Part shown: positions 16,137-23,684 of the stretch, one piece after another
Numbering within the stretch: the first letter of the stretch is position 1
Layout of the letters: the number at the start of each line of letters is the position of its first letter
Assembly (NCBI RefSeq): GCF_002007235.1
Contig: NZ_MUHW01000025.1
Coordinates: 5,460-29,459 of the forward strand
Length of the DNA: 24,000 nt
Direction: 5' to 3'
DNA from: Oribacterium sp. C9
GTDB taxonomy: Bacteria; Bacillota; Clostridia; Lachnospirales; Lachnospiraceae
Notes under the pieces: generated by a model
Seen by the model: the letters and a program-made list of their open reading frames with translations, nothing else
Told to the model about the DNA's origin: nothing
Databases searched by the model: none
Program-made: the position numbers and the translations under genes

Positions 16137-16273
16137 AAAAAACGGGCGGGGTTCCATTGAATGGCTGTGCCGTCAAAAACACACCCTTACAGCGGCCGTC
16201 TGCCGAGCCGTTTTTTGCCGAAGAGCTGTTTTCTGTGCAGACGCGCATATGTATGCGCACCCGCCCGTTTTTT
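16137..16273. ncRNA. 137-nt multi-helix structured element (candidate RT-associated ncRNA); strand not resolvable from sequence
   Basis: A perfect 14-bp closing stem pairs AAAAAACGGGCGGG (16137-16150) with CCCGCCCGTTTTTT (16260-16273), enclosing 109 nt. The enclosed region contains CGTCTGC/GCAGACG (16197-16203 / 16237-16243), the palindrome GCGCATA-TG-TATGCGC (16243-16258) and CCAT/ATGG (16154-16164). The element begins 35 nt after the RT stop codon. Confidence 0.4.
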
Positions 16274-16308
16274 CATTATGATGGTGGTGTTAAAAAAACA
16301 GTTTAAAT

Positions 16309-17547
16309 CTATATCCTTTTATCATTCTCATCGATACCATGATAGAAGGCATGAACCAGTGTACGGTATCCCATTCTTTGCATAGTCTTATATCGGACCC
16401 TGTATTTGGAATCAGTTCTCTTGCCTCCGCTTCCGACATAGCGTATACATTCCTGACAGTAATTGTCAAGCTTACGGAGACTGTCACAACGAGTCAGTAT
16501 CCTGAAGGACCAGTCAACCCAGTTGAGCTCGTTGGTATCAAGTCCTCTTCCGAAAAAATACATATCTATCCTGTCTATCATTTTCTTCATGGTCTCTTCT
16601 CTGGACAAACCATACTTTTTTTGACACCTCACCAGCTTTCTGGCTTTGTGATTCATACGCCACATTATGGATTTCATAGAATGCTTTGATATATCATACT
16701 CTCGTCCTTCTATGGAAAAACCAAGAAGATCAAATTTCTCCCCGGGCATAAGTATATCTGTTTTATCTTCATTAAATGAAAGTCCTCTTTCTGAAAACAG
16801 ATCCTTAAGCTTTATGTATATCCCTTTGGCCTCCTCCTGAGACGATGAAAAAATCGCTATATCATCTGCATAGCGACAGTAATAATCGCATTCCTTCCTG
16901 ATAAGCATATCTACGTCTTTAAGGTAAACATTCTCAAAAAATGTGGTCAGGGGACATCCGCTAAGGGCTCCTGTAGAACCTTCCATGAGCCTGCCGTCAG
17001 CATAAAACCGTCCCCTCATCAAAAGTGTCCTTAAAAACCAGCAAAGATCCGGATCTGTATCTTTAAATAAAGCATCAAGCATATCCGCAAGAATACCGGG
17101 CTGAAGACTGTCTCCATAGCTTTTAATATCTGATTTCAGGACCCATTTGGTATTACACAGATCATTCTTTCTTATGTCATAAAATATTCTGGAAACATGC
17201 TTTCCGATTCTGAAAGAATAGACCGAATCTTCATAAATATCATCATAATCATGAAGCACAAAGGCCATGAGCTTCATGAGCATCTTCTCTTCAGCTAAAA
17301 AACGGTATATGGTCCTTTTTTTCTGGCTGCTTTTCTTTTTAAGTAAGGTCCTGTGAGGTATGGACAGAAAAAAATCACGGTTACAGAGACGTTTTATATC
17401 CGTTTTACATTTATCTGAAAGGATATACTCCTTTAATTCGGCAAGTTCTTCCGGGCTTATGTTATATGAACCTTCCTTTCTCAAAAGGAAAGCATCCCGA
17501 ACCTCGGGAGATAGCATTTTTTCAAAAACAGTTGCTGTATTATTCAT
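16309..17547 (-). CDS. Stand-alone reverse transcriptase (RNA-directed DNA polymerase), group-II-like/unclassified lineage, with no endonuclease or other fused domain
   Basis: 412 aa with RT motifs in order: KKKSSQKKRTIYRF (1), EEKMLMKLMAFVL (2), WVLKSDIKSYGDSL (A/3), GALSGCPLTTFFENVYL (B/4), YCRYADDIAIF (C/5, YADD at 16861-16872), LSFNEDKTDIL (D/6) and FDLLGFSI (E/7). A ~130-aa helical thumb/X-like tail follows (MIDRIDMYFFGRG...LRKLDNYCQECIRYV). Confidence 0.85.
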   Translation of the reverse strand: MNNTATVFEKMLSPEVRDAFLLRKEGSYNISPEELAELKEYILSDKCKTDIKRLCNRDFFLSIPHRTLLKKKSSQKKRTIYRFLAEEKMLMKLMAFVLHDYDDIYEDSVYSFRIGKHVSRIFYDIRKNDLCNTKWVLKSDIKSYGDSLQPGILADMLDALFKDTDPDLCWFLRTLLMRGRFYADGRLMEGSTGALSGCPLTTFFENVYLKDVDMLIRKECDYYCRYADDIAIFSSSQEEAKGIYIKLKDLFSERGLSFNEDKTDILMPGEKFDLLGFSIEGREYDISKHSMKSIMWRMNHKARKLVRCQKKYGLSREETMKKMIDRIDMYFFGRGLDTNELNWVDWSFRILTRCDSLRKLDNYCQECIRYVGSGGKRTDSKYRVRYKTMQRMGYRTLVHAFYHGIDENDKRI

Positions 17548-17675
17548 CTTTTCATGCCCCCTGAATAAACATGGAGTGCCGGTATAAACCGGCTCTAATA
17601 TACTACAACAGCTTATTTTTTACCATTTTATCATAGCCGGCTCATGCCGTAAAGATAGCCATCACAGGACGCAAC

Positions 17676-17684
17676 TGATATAAT
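17676..17684 (+). promoter_or_regulatory. Extended -10 promoter element for the ABC exporter operon
   Basis: TGATATAAT matches the TGnTATAAT extended -10 consensus exactly. The -35 region is weak. The predicted TSS at ~17691-17693 argues against the GTG 17694 start and for ATG 17724. Confidence 0.45.
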
Positions 17685-17723
17685 ACAAGGTAAGTGTATG
17701 GTTATTTTTTGAGGACATGTACC

Positions 17724-19913
17724 ATGAACATAAATATCCCTATAACGATACAGATGCATTCCGCCGAAAACGCAATTGCTGTGATAGCTTCCATGCTCGG
17801 GGCCTACGGAAGATTCGAGCCCCTTGAAAAGCTGCGCGAAAAAACAGTGGCTTCCAGAAACGGTTCCACTCCCGAACAGCTTTCGGATATGGCAGAGCAG
17901 TTCGGACTGGATACGGAAATTCTGAATATTTCAAAAGATGACATCTGTAAGCAGACTTTCCCACTGGTGGCCTTCTGGAAGAAAAGGTATTACTGCATAG
18001 TAAAAAAGATAGACGGAGAAAGGGTATATGTCATGGATCCTTCAAAGGGAAATGTATGCCTGCCTCTTTCATTTTTTAAAGACAGATTCTCCGGCATCAT
18101 GATAAGGATGGTTCCCGGTGACGGTTTTTTAAAAAGCGGAACCAGGCCCCGGATATTTAATATTATCTTCCGGCGCATGAAGGGAATGGAGGCCGTACTT
18201 ATAAAGGTCATCATCCTTAACATCCTCGCTGTGGTACTGAATCTTATCATGATCAACAGCCAGAGGATCCTGCTTGATATGGCATCAGATACAACAGGAG
18301 CTTCCGGATTTACTTCGCCCTTAAACCATCAGCTTATGATGAAGCTCCCGACCCCGCTCCAAAATACCTCAGGCCTTATTCTGGCCACGATGTATGTGTC
18401 TCTTGCCCTTCTTACCATTGTTAATGTTTTAAAAACTCTCTTCATCTTCAGATCAGCTTTTTTGAATGCTGCAAAATCTGAATCAGCCCTCTTTAAGAAG
18501 CTGTTTGCCCAGCCTCTTCAGTTTTTTGAGCAGTACAGCATCGGTGAGCTGATGCAGCGTATAGACACCAATAAGAATCTGAGCATGTCTCTCATCAGAA
18601 GCATAGTCCCAAGATTTCTGGATCTGCTGATGGTCTTGCTTTATGGTATTCAGATGTTCCTGTTTAACCCTGTGCTGGGCGTCCTCTGTCTTCTGGTGGA
18701 GATAATCTATCTTATACTGTCCGGTATCCTTCAGTCTGAGATCGCAAACCGGGCCAGAGTTCTAAGTACAAGTGCAAATTCCATGAACTCCGTCACCTTA
18801 AGCGGTCTTGGAAACATTGAAACCATCAAGGCCGGCGGTGTGGAAAGGGTCTTTTTTTCAAGATGGAACAAGGCACAGCGTCTTTACCGCGAAAGTCGTT
18901 TTGACAATATAAATATCAAACAGGCATCCACAGCTCTGAACGGATTCCGTTCCGTCTTTTCGCAGGGCATGATACTGTTTGCAGGCGCGTATTTCATCAT
19001 AAAGGGGAATTTCACTCTTGGAATGATGGCAGCACTTCAGTCAATTCTTGCAAACCTGAGAAAAAGCCTCTCAAACTGCGTTCAGACCGTAAACTCTCTT
19101 CAAAGCACCAGAACCAGCATAGAACGGGTCGAAGACATCGAAAACAGACACCTGAGAAATGAGATACCTCTTCATGAAAAGGAAGAACCGGTACAATTTC
19201 CCGGAAATCTGGAAGTAAAGAATATTGTATTCCGGTACAATGCCGGTGATCCTCCCGCCATTCAGGATGTATCTCTATCCGTAAAAAGCGGTGAGATCAT
19301 CGCTATCGTGGGAGAAAGCGGCTGCGGAAAGACGACTCTCCTTAAATGCATAGGAGACATGTATCAGCCCGAATCCGGAAGCATCCTATATTCGGGAAAA
19401 GAAAGAGCGGCCATTCCTGATGTGGTATTTCATTCATCTCTTGCAATGGTCAATCAGGAAGTAATGACGTTTCAGGATACCATCATGTCCAATATAACCC
19501 TATGGGATTCCACCATAGCAAATTATGACGTTATCATGGCCGCCAATGAGGCCCAGATCCATAAACGGATAATGAGGGATCGAGACGGATATTACGGGTC
19601 TGTTCTTGAAAACGGCAAAAATTTTTCAGGGGGAGAGCTCCAGAGGATGGACCTGGCAAGAGCTCTTGCAAAGGAACCCACTCTGCTCCTGCTGGATGAA
19701 TTCACATCATCCCTTGATGCTCTGACTGAAGAGAAGGTTTTTGAAGCTTTACGAAAAAAGGGCACCACCTGTATCATTTCGGCCCACAGACTTTCCACTG
19801 TTGCATCCTGTGACCGTATTTACTGCATGGAAAAGGGGCGAATTGTTGAAAGCGGAACTCATAATGAACTTATGGAGATGGACGGTCTTTATAAACGGCT
19901 GGTCAATGCTTAG
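17724..19913 (+). CDS. ABC exporter (TMD-NBD) with an N-terminal catalytically inactive C39-peptidase-like domain
   Basis: The N-terminus IQMHSAENAIAVIASMLGAYG aligns to the C39 motif Q-x4-[DE]CG...YYG, with the Cys position occupied by Asn (17769-17771). FWKKRYYCIV stands in for the His-containing strand (His to Tyr, 17988-17990). Six TM segments follow. The NBD has Walker A GESGCGKTT, signature FSGGELQRM, Walker B LLLLDEFTSSLD and H-loop SAHRLST. The start is set at ATG 17724 with GAGGA 8 nt upstream. Confidence 0.85.
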   Translation: MNINIPITIQMHSAENAIAVIASMLGAYGRFEPLEKLREKTVASRNGSTPEQLSDMAEQFGLDTEILNISKDDICKQTFPLVAFWKKRYYCIVKKIDGERVYVMDPSKGNVCLPLSFFKDRFSGIMIRMVPGDGFLKSGTRPRIFNIIFRRMKGMEAVLIKVIILNILAVVLNLIMINSQRILLDMASDTTGASGFTSPLNHQLMMKLPTPLQNTSGLILATMYVSLALLTIVNVLKTLFIFRSAFLNAAKSESALFKKLFAQPLQFFEQYSIGELMQRIDTNKNLSMSLIRSIVPRFLDLLMVLLYGIQMFLFNPVLGVLCLLVEIIYLILSGILQSEIANRARVLSTSANSMNSVTLSGLGNIETIKAGGVERVFFSRWNKAQRLYRESRFDNINIKQASTALNGFRSVFSQGMILFAGAYFIIKGNFTLGMMAALQSILANLRKSLSNCVQTVNSLQSTRTSIERVEDIENRHLRNEIPLHEKEEPVQFPGNLEVKNIVFRYNAGDPPAIQDVSLSVKSGEIIAIVGESGCGKTTLLKCIGDMYQPESGSILYSGKERAAIPDVVFHSSLAMVNQEVMTFQDTIMSNITLWDSTIANYDVIMAANEAQIHKRIMRDRDGYYGSVLENGKNFSGGELQRMDLARALAKEPTLLLLDEFTSSLDALTEEKVFEALRKKGTTCIISAHRLSTVASCDRIYCMEKGRIVESGTHNELMEMDGLYKRLVNA

Positions 19914-19918
19914 AAGCT

Positions 19919-22090
19919 ATGGGAATATTCAGTAATCTTATTATTCAAAGAGACGAAAGAGACAGAGACGCGGAGCATAAGGCAGATCTCAATATGACAA
20001 ATCATCTGGAGACTTCCGGCGCCGATTCTCTTTCTGCTGCCCAAAATATCATCCACTATATCCTAAACAGATACAATATCAGCGCAAAAGCAGTTTACGG
20101 ATGTGACACTCTGGAGGATATGATGGATCTTATTCTTGATCCTCTGGGAATGATGTATGATGAAGCAGATCTTAAAGATCCTTCTTGGAAAAAAAGAAAC
20201 GATCTAATGCTGGGGTTTTTATGTGACGGTACAGCCATTGCCCTGATACCTGGCATTTTCGGCTACAAATTCATCAGTTCAAAGGACGGAAAAAAACATC
20301 TTGTGACAAATAAGACACCGCTGAAGCAAAAGGCCTATGCGATCTACCGACCTCTTCCCAGTGAGAAGCTTAGTCTCTGGCACCTCCTTATATATATGCT
20401 TCATATACTGTCTCCCAGAGATTATATTCTGGTGATGACAGCAAGTATAGCTGTCACCCTCCTCGGACTGGTGATCCCGAAAATGAATGCCCTTGTTCTT
20501 AAAGAGGTTGTTCCCAAAGGTTCAGAAGGAATCCCTCTTTTGATTGAACTTGCACTCCTTTTTTCTTTGTCAGGATGCATAAGAAGCGCCATATCTGCCA
20601 TAAAAGGAATCCTTTTGGGAAGAACCAGAGAACGAATCGCAGGCCAGACTCAGGCCGCCGTTATGGCAAGGCTCCTTCTCCTGTCCCAAAGCTACTTTAC
20701 AAAATATTCAACGGGTAATCTCGCAAAGCAGATAAGCAACACAAGGAGGCTTTGTGACCAGATTACAGGATTTGTACTGGATTCTCTTTTTACCGCTATT
20801 TTCTCTGTGGCCTATATATTCCAGATGCAGGATTTTTCGGCGGTACTGGCATTGCCGGCCCTCACCGTTCTTTTTATACGCTGCATTCTGTCCTTTATTA
20901 TAGCCTTATACGAAGCAGGTAACGACAGGAACACACTTGCTGCAGAAACGGAATCGGATTCCTTTTTATATACAGCCATAAAAGGAGTGCAGACTGTAAA
21001 GGGAAACGGTGCGGAAAGGCGTCTTTATGCCAACTGGGTCAGACGCTACAGCAAAGTTTTAAAGTATGATCTGGACAAGCCCGTGATCTTAAAGCTGGAA
21101 GACGTCATAACCGACCTTGTTTCTTCCGTAGGAACGGTGATTCTGATCTCTATGGTGATACCCTTTGGAATCGATGTCACTGACTATCTTGCTTTTATCA
21201 ATGCTTATGGTCTGATAGTTACCGCATGCTCATCTCTTATGGAATCCTTTGAAAAAATCATACTCATGAAACCCATGGCGGAAACTCTTTCAGATCTCAT
21301 GAAGGAGCACATAGAGTGTGTAGAGGGAGGAACCTACCTTAGAAATGTCCGGGGAGAGCTAAGGATCGAAAACCTTTCTTTCTCCTATGAAGGCACCGGC
21401 AGAAGCTGCCTTAAGGATATTTCCTTCGGAGTAAAAAAGGGCGAAAAAGTTGCGATAGTAGGGGAGAGCGGGTGCGGAAAAAGCACTCTTTTAAAGCTCA
21501 TACTCGGCGCTCTCAGACCTGATGGCGGAGGAATCTATATCGACGGAAATGAACTCAGTACCATAAACCTGAGATCCTACAGAAAACACGTGGGCTCTGT
21601 ATTTCAGTTCAGCAGTCTCATGCCGGGCACCATATATTCCAATATCGCCTTTGGTCCCGTACCGGTTTCGAGGGACACTGCTGTGGAGGCTGCCCAAAAA
21701 GCGGATATTCTGGATTATATAAACACCTTGCAGATGGGACTGGATACAGAAATTTCAGAATCCGGATCCAAAGGTTTCTCAGGCGGACAAAGGCAGCGTA
21801 TCCTTCTGGCAAGAGCATTTGCTTCCCATCCCAGCATTCTCCTACTGGATGAAGCAACTTCGGCTCTTGATAATGTCTCTCAGTCAAAGGTCCTCGAGTC
21901 CGTATATAAGGAAAAATGTACGGTCGTTATGGTTGCCCACAGACTTTCAACGGTGAAGAAGTGCGACCGCATCATCATGCTTGATGACGGGACAGTCATC
22001 GAACATGGAACTTACGACGAACTCATCAAAAAGAACGGCGCCTTCGCAAATCTTGTCAGAAGACAGCAGATGTCAGCATGGTCAGACTAA
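19919..22090 (+). CDS. ABC exporter (TMD-NBD) partner subunit with a ~160-aa N-terminal domain of unknown function
   Basis: It starts 5 nt after the stop of the previous gene. It has Walker A GESGCGKST, signature FSGGQRQRILLARA, Walker B ILLLDEATSALD and H-loop VAHRLST. The N-terminal domain has no C39 motifs. The paired layout resembles the bacteriocin-type 'peptidase/ATP-binding + ATP-binding' ABC pairs. Confidence 0.85.
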   Translation: MGIFSNLIIQRDERDRDAEHKADLNMTNHLETSGADSLSAAQNIIHYILNRYNISAKAVYGCDTLEDMMDLILDPLGMMYDEADLKDPSWKKRNDLMLGFLCDGTAIALIPGIFGYKFISSKDGKKHLVTNKTPLKQKAYAIYRPLPSEKLSLWHLLIYMLHILSPRDYILVMTASIAVTLLGLVIPKMNALVLKEVVPKGSEGIPLLIELALLFSLSGCIRSAISAIKGILLGRTRERIAGQTQAAVMARLLLLSQSYFTKYSTGNLAKQISNTRRLCDQITGFVLDSLFTAIFSVAYIFQMQDFSAVLALPALTVLFIRCILSFIIALYEAGNDRNTLAAETESDSFLYTAIKGVQTVKGNGAERRLYANWVRRYSKVLKYDLDKPVILKLEDVITDLVSSVGTVILISMVIPFGIDVTDYLAFINAYGLIVTACSSLMESFEKIILMKPMAETLSDLMKEHIECVEGGTYLRNVRGELRIENLSFSYEGTGRSCLKDISFGVKKGEKVAIVGESGCGKSTLLKLILGALRPDGGGIYIDGNELSTINLRSYRKHVGSVFQFSSLMPGTIYSNIAFGPVPVSRDTAVEAAQKADILDYINTLQMGLDTEISESGSKGFSGGQRQRILLARAFASHPSILLLDEATSALDNVSQSKVLESVYKEKCTVVMVAHRLSTVKKCDRIIMLDDGTVIEHGTYDELIKKNGAFANLVRRQQMSAWSD

Positions 22091-22150
22091 AGAGTTTTGT
22101 CATATATCAGTCAAAGAAGACTTTTCCCCATTAAAAAAACACAGTGGGTA

Positions 22151-23332
22151 TCATAACTTCTTCATCAGCTGGTATCTGCTATTCACATGGAACTTTTCGT
22201 AGATATTCTCAACGTGCTTCTTTACAGTGTGGTAACTAATGACCATAGAGGCCGCTATCTCCTTATAGGTATATCCCCTGACCATGAGGCGGGCCACCTT
22301 CTGTTCTGTTTTTGTAAGAGCACTGAGACTGGCGATTCCGGCATCCATGGCTACATCTGCCTGTGAGGCAGACTCATGAGTTTCCTTATGTATGGTGATC
22401 CAGTGATAGAGATCCACTATACCGTTTGAATAACTCTGTCTGTAATCGTGTATGGTGTAAATATAATTCTTTATGGTCCTGTTATGTACTTCGCTGTGGT
22501 CTCCTTCGGAAACTCCAAGAAGGAAAGGAAGCCAGTTACACGGGGTATCAGAGTCAATGCTTCCGAGATTCCCCCCCATCAGCTCTTCAAGTCTTCTCAT
22601 AGCCTCACTGCTGTGATCAAGTATATGCATGAAGTCATCGGTTATAAGATATGCCTTCTCTCCCGAAGCGATGATTTCCCCCTGTATCTTCGAGATGATC
22701 TTTACCTGTTCGTACTTCTTGAAATTCTTGTAAGCCGTGGCTATATAAGAATATATATCCCGGAGATGTTCCACATCTTTGTCGCTAAAGTCTCCCTCTT
22801 CCTCATCCCTCAGGAATACCAGCTGAATGTAGGCATTGATACCGAAGGCCATGGTGAGGCTGTAATGGGCCCCGAAATACTTTTCAAGAAAACCAACATG
22901 GGCTGAATTCTTATAGTCCAAAACGATGTCTGTTCCACGATACAGTCTCGGTTCAATATCAAAGTAGGTGAGATGATCATTTACAGCATCTTCATATATT
23001 TTTTGTCTCACTATATCTTCAGGTTCAAAATACCTATATGGATGGCTATCCCCTTCTATGTCTTTATCTTCATAAGCCGCACTTTTGTCCTGCATGCTCC
23101 CGTCAAGTCTCGAACCTCTGTTTATATTTGAAATATTGCCCTCGATCTTTTCAGTCTGGGAAAGGAACTTTCCATGGGTATCGAAATACATGATCACGAC
23201 CTTGGAAAGCCCGAAATTTCTCTCGAGAGACTCAAGCATAAAGGGATTGAAAAATTCCTGAGATCCGGTCTGGTGCTGTTCCATATCCATGAAAAAATTC
23301 TTTTGTCCCGATTCATAGCTGTTTGTAGTCAT
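22151..23332 (-). CDS. LuxR/GerE-family transcriptional regulator with a large unassigned N-terminal domain
   Basis: The C-terminus LTKTEQKVARLMVRGYTYKEIAASMVISYHTVKKHVENIYEKFHVNSRYQL is a canonical LuxR-type HTH. The first ~325 aa carry no motif I recognise. I prefer ATG 23332 (AAGGAG 11 nt upstream) over the GTG at 23344, which abuts the RBS. Confidence 0.75.
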   Translation of the reverse strand: MTTNSYESGQKNFFMDMEQHQTGSQEFFNPFMLESLERNFGLSKVVIMYFDTHGKFLSQTEKIEGNISNINRGSRLDGSMQDKSAAYEDKDIEGDSHPYRYFEPEDIVRQKIYEDAVNDHLTYFDIEPRLYRGTDIVLDYKNSAHVGFLEKYFGAHYSLTMAFGINAYIQLVFLRDEEEGDFSDKDVEHLRDIYSYIATAYKNFKKYEQVKIISKIQGEIIASGEKAYLITDDFMHILDHSSEAMRRLEELMGGNLGSIDSDTPCNWLPFLLGVSEGDHSEVHNRTIKNYIYTIHDYRQSYSNGIVDLYHWITIHKETHESASQADVAMDAGIASLSALTKTEQKVARLMVRGYTYKEIAASMVISYHTVKKHVENIYEKFHVNSRYQLMKKL

Positions 23333-23473
23333 GTCGAAAATCACTCCTTAATATCTATACGCTTTAAAATACAGCGCATCCTTATAGTAGCATAAAATCA
23401 GAAAATACCTTATCGATAAATACAATCAGAAAAAGCGCATCCGTTAAGAGACGCTTGCCCCAATGTCACAACC

Positions 23474-23523
23474 ACTGTCTGATAATCTTACTGTCTGATC
23501 TTCACACTTATACTCTGTCAGAC
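23474..23523. promoter_or_regulatory. Repeat cluster in the luxR-like/alsD divergent intergenic region (candidate operator)
   Basis: ACTGTCTGAT occurs twice as an exact direct repeat (23474-23483 and 23490-23499, 16 nt apart start to start). An inverted partial copy TGTCAGAC lies at 23516-23523. Confidence 0.3.
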
Positions 23524-23684
23524 CTTTCACCTGTTTAGTCGTGGTTCTTTTTATGTTCAACGAGACCAATGCATATTACCAGTCTTTATTTTTATATTTA
23601 TGGCTACTAAAATATCTGTATAAGCAAATTCAGGATCGTGAAGAACAAATAACGAGTTACCTGCTCAGAAAGAAAGGGGAAACT

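Noticed and set aside
16137-16273. The inverted-repeat element as a plain bidirectional terminator or a MITE
   Set aside because: A 109-nt internally structured 'loop' is not terminator-like, and a separate hairpin with a T-tract follows it. I saw no target-site duplication or second copy in the window to support a MITE. Neither alternative can be fully excluded without genome-wide copy counts.
16161-16385. 74-aa plus-strand ORF spanning the structured element and the RT 3' end
   Set aside because: It has no RBS, overlaps the RT coding end antisense, and its Arg/Cys/Pro-rich translation is explained by the GC-rich stems. I treat the region as RNA or DNA structure instead.
16309-17547. RT as a group II intron-encoded protein, retron RT or DGR RT
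   Set aside because: No ribozyme domains flank the ORF, and there is no En/HNH domain. Motif 7 is LLGF rather than the retron VTG, and no msr-msd lies upstream. No DGR-type motif 4 and no template/variable repeat pair is visible in the window. These rejections rest on visual inspection only; a profile search could overturn them.
17571-17636. 21-codon sORF (MECRYKPALIYYNSLFFTILS) upstream of, and co-directional with, the ABC exporter genes, as a possible exported peptide
   Set aside because: It has no RBS and no double-glycine leader. It lies upstream of the predicted exporter promoter (17676-17684) and overlaps the RT leader hairpin. It is most likely a chance ORF.
17694-17723. GTG start of the first ABC ORF
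   Set aside because: The extended -10 element at 17676-17684 would put the TSS at about this position, leaving no room for an RBS. ATG 17724 has GAGGA upstream, and the C39-like domain alignment begins right after it.
22091-22150. Possible convergent terminator between the ABC operon and the luxR-like gene (CCCCATT-A7CAC-AGTGGG)
   Set aside because: The stem is only 3-4 bp with mismatches, which is too weak to call as a feature.
23553-23684. In-frame 44-codon upstream extension of alsD (MFNETNAYYQSLFLYLWLLKYLYKQ...)
   Set aside because: The translation is AT-rich and non-protein-like, with no RBS. ATG 23685 has AAAGGGGA 5 nt upstream and gives the N-terminal length typical of acetolactate decarboxylases.
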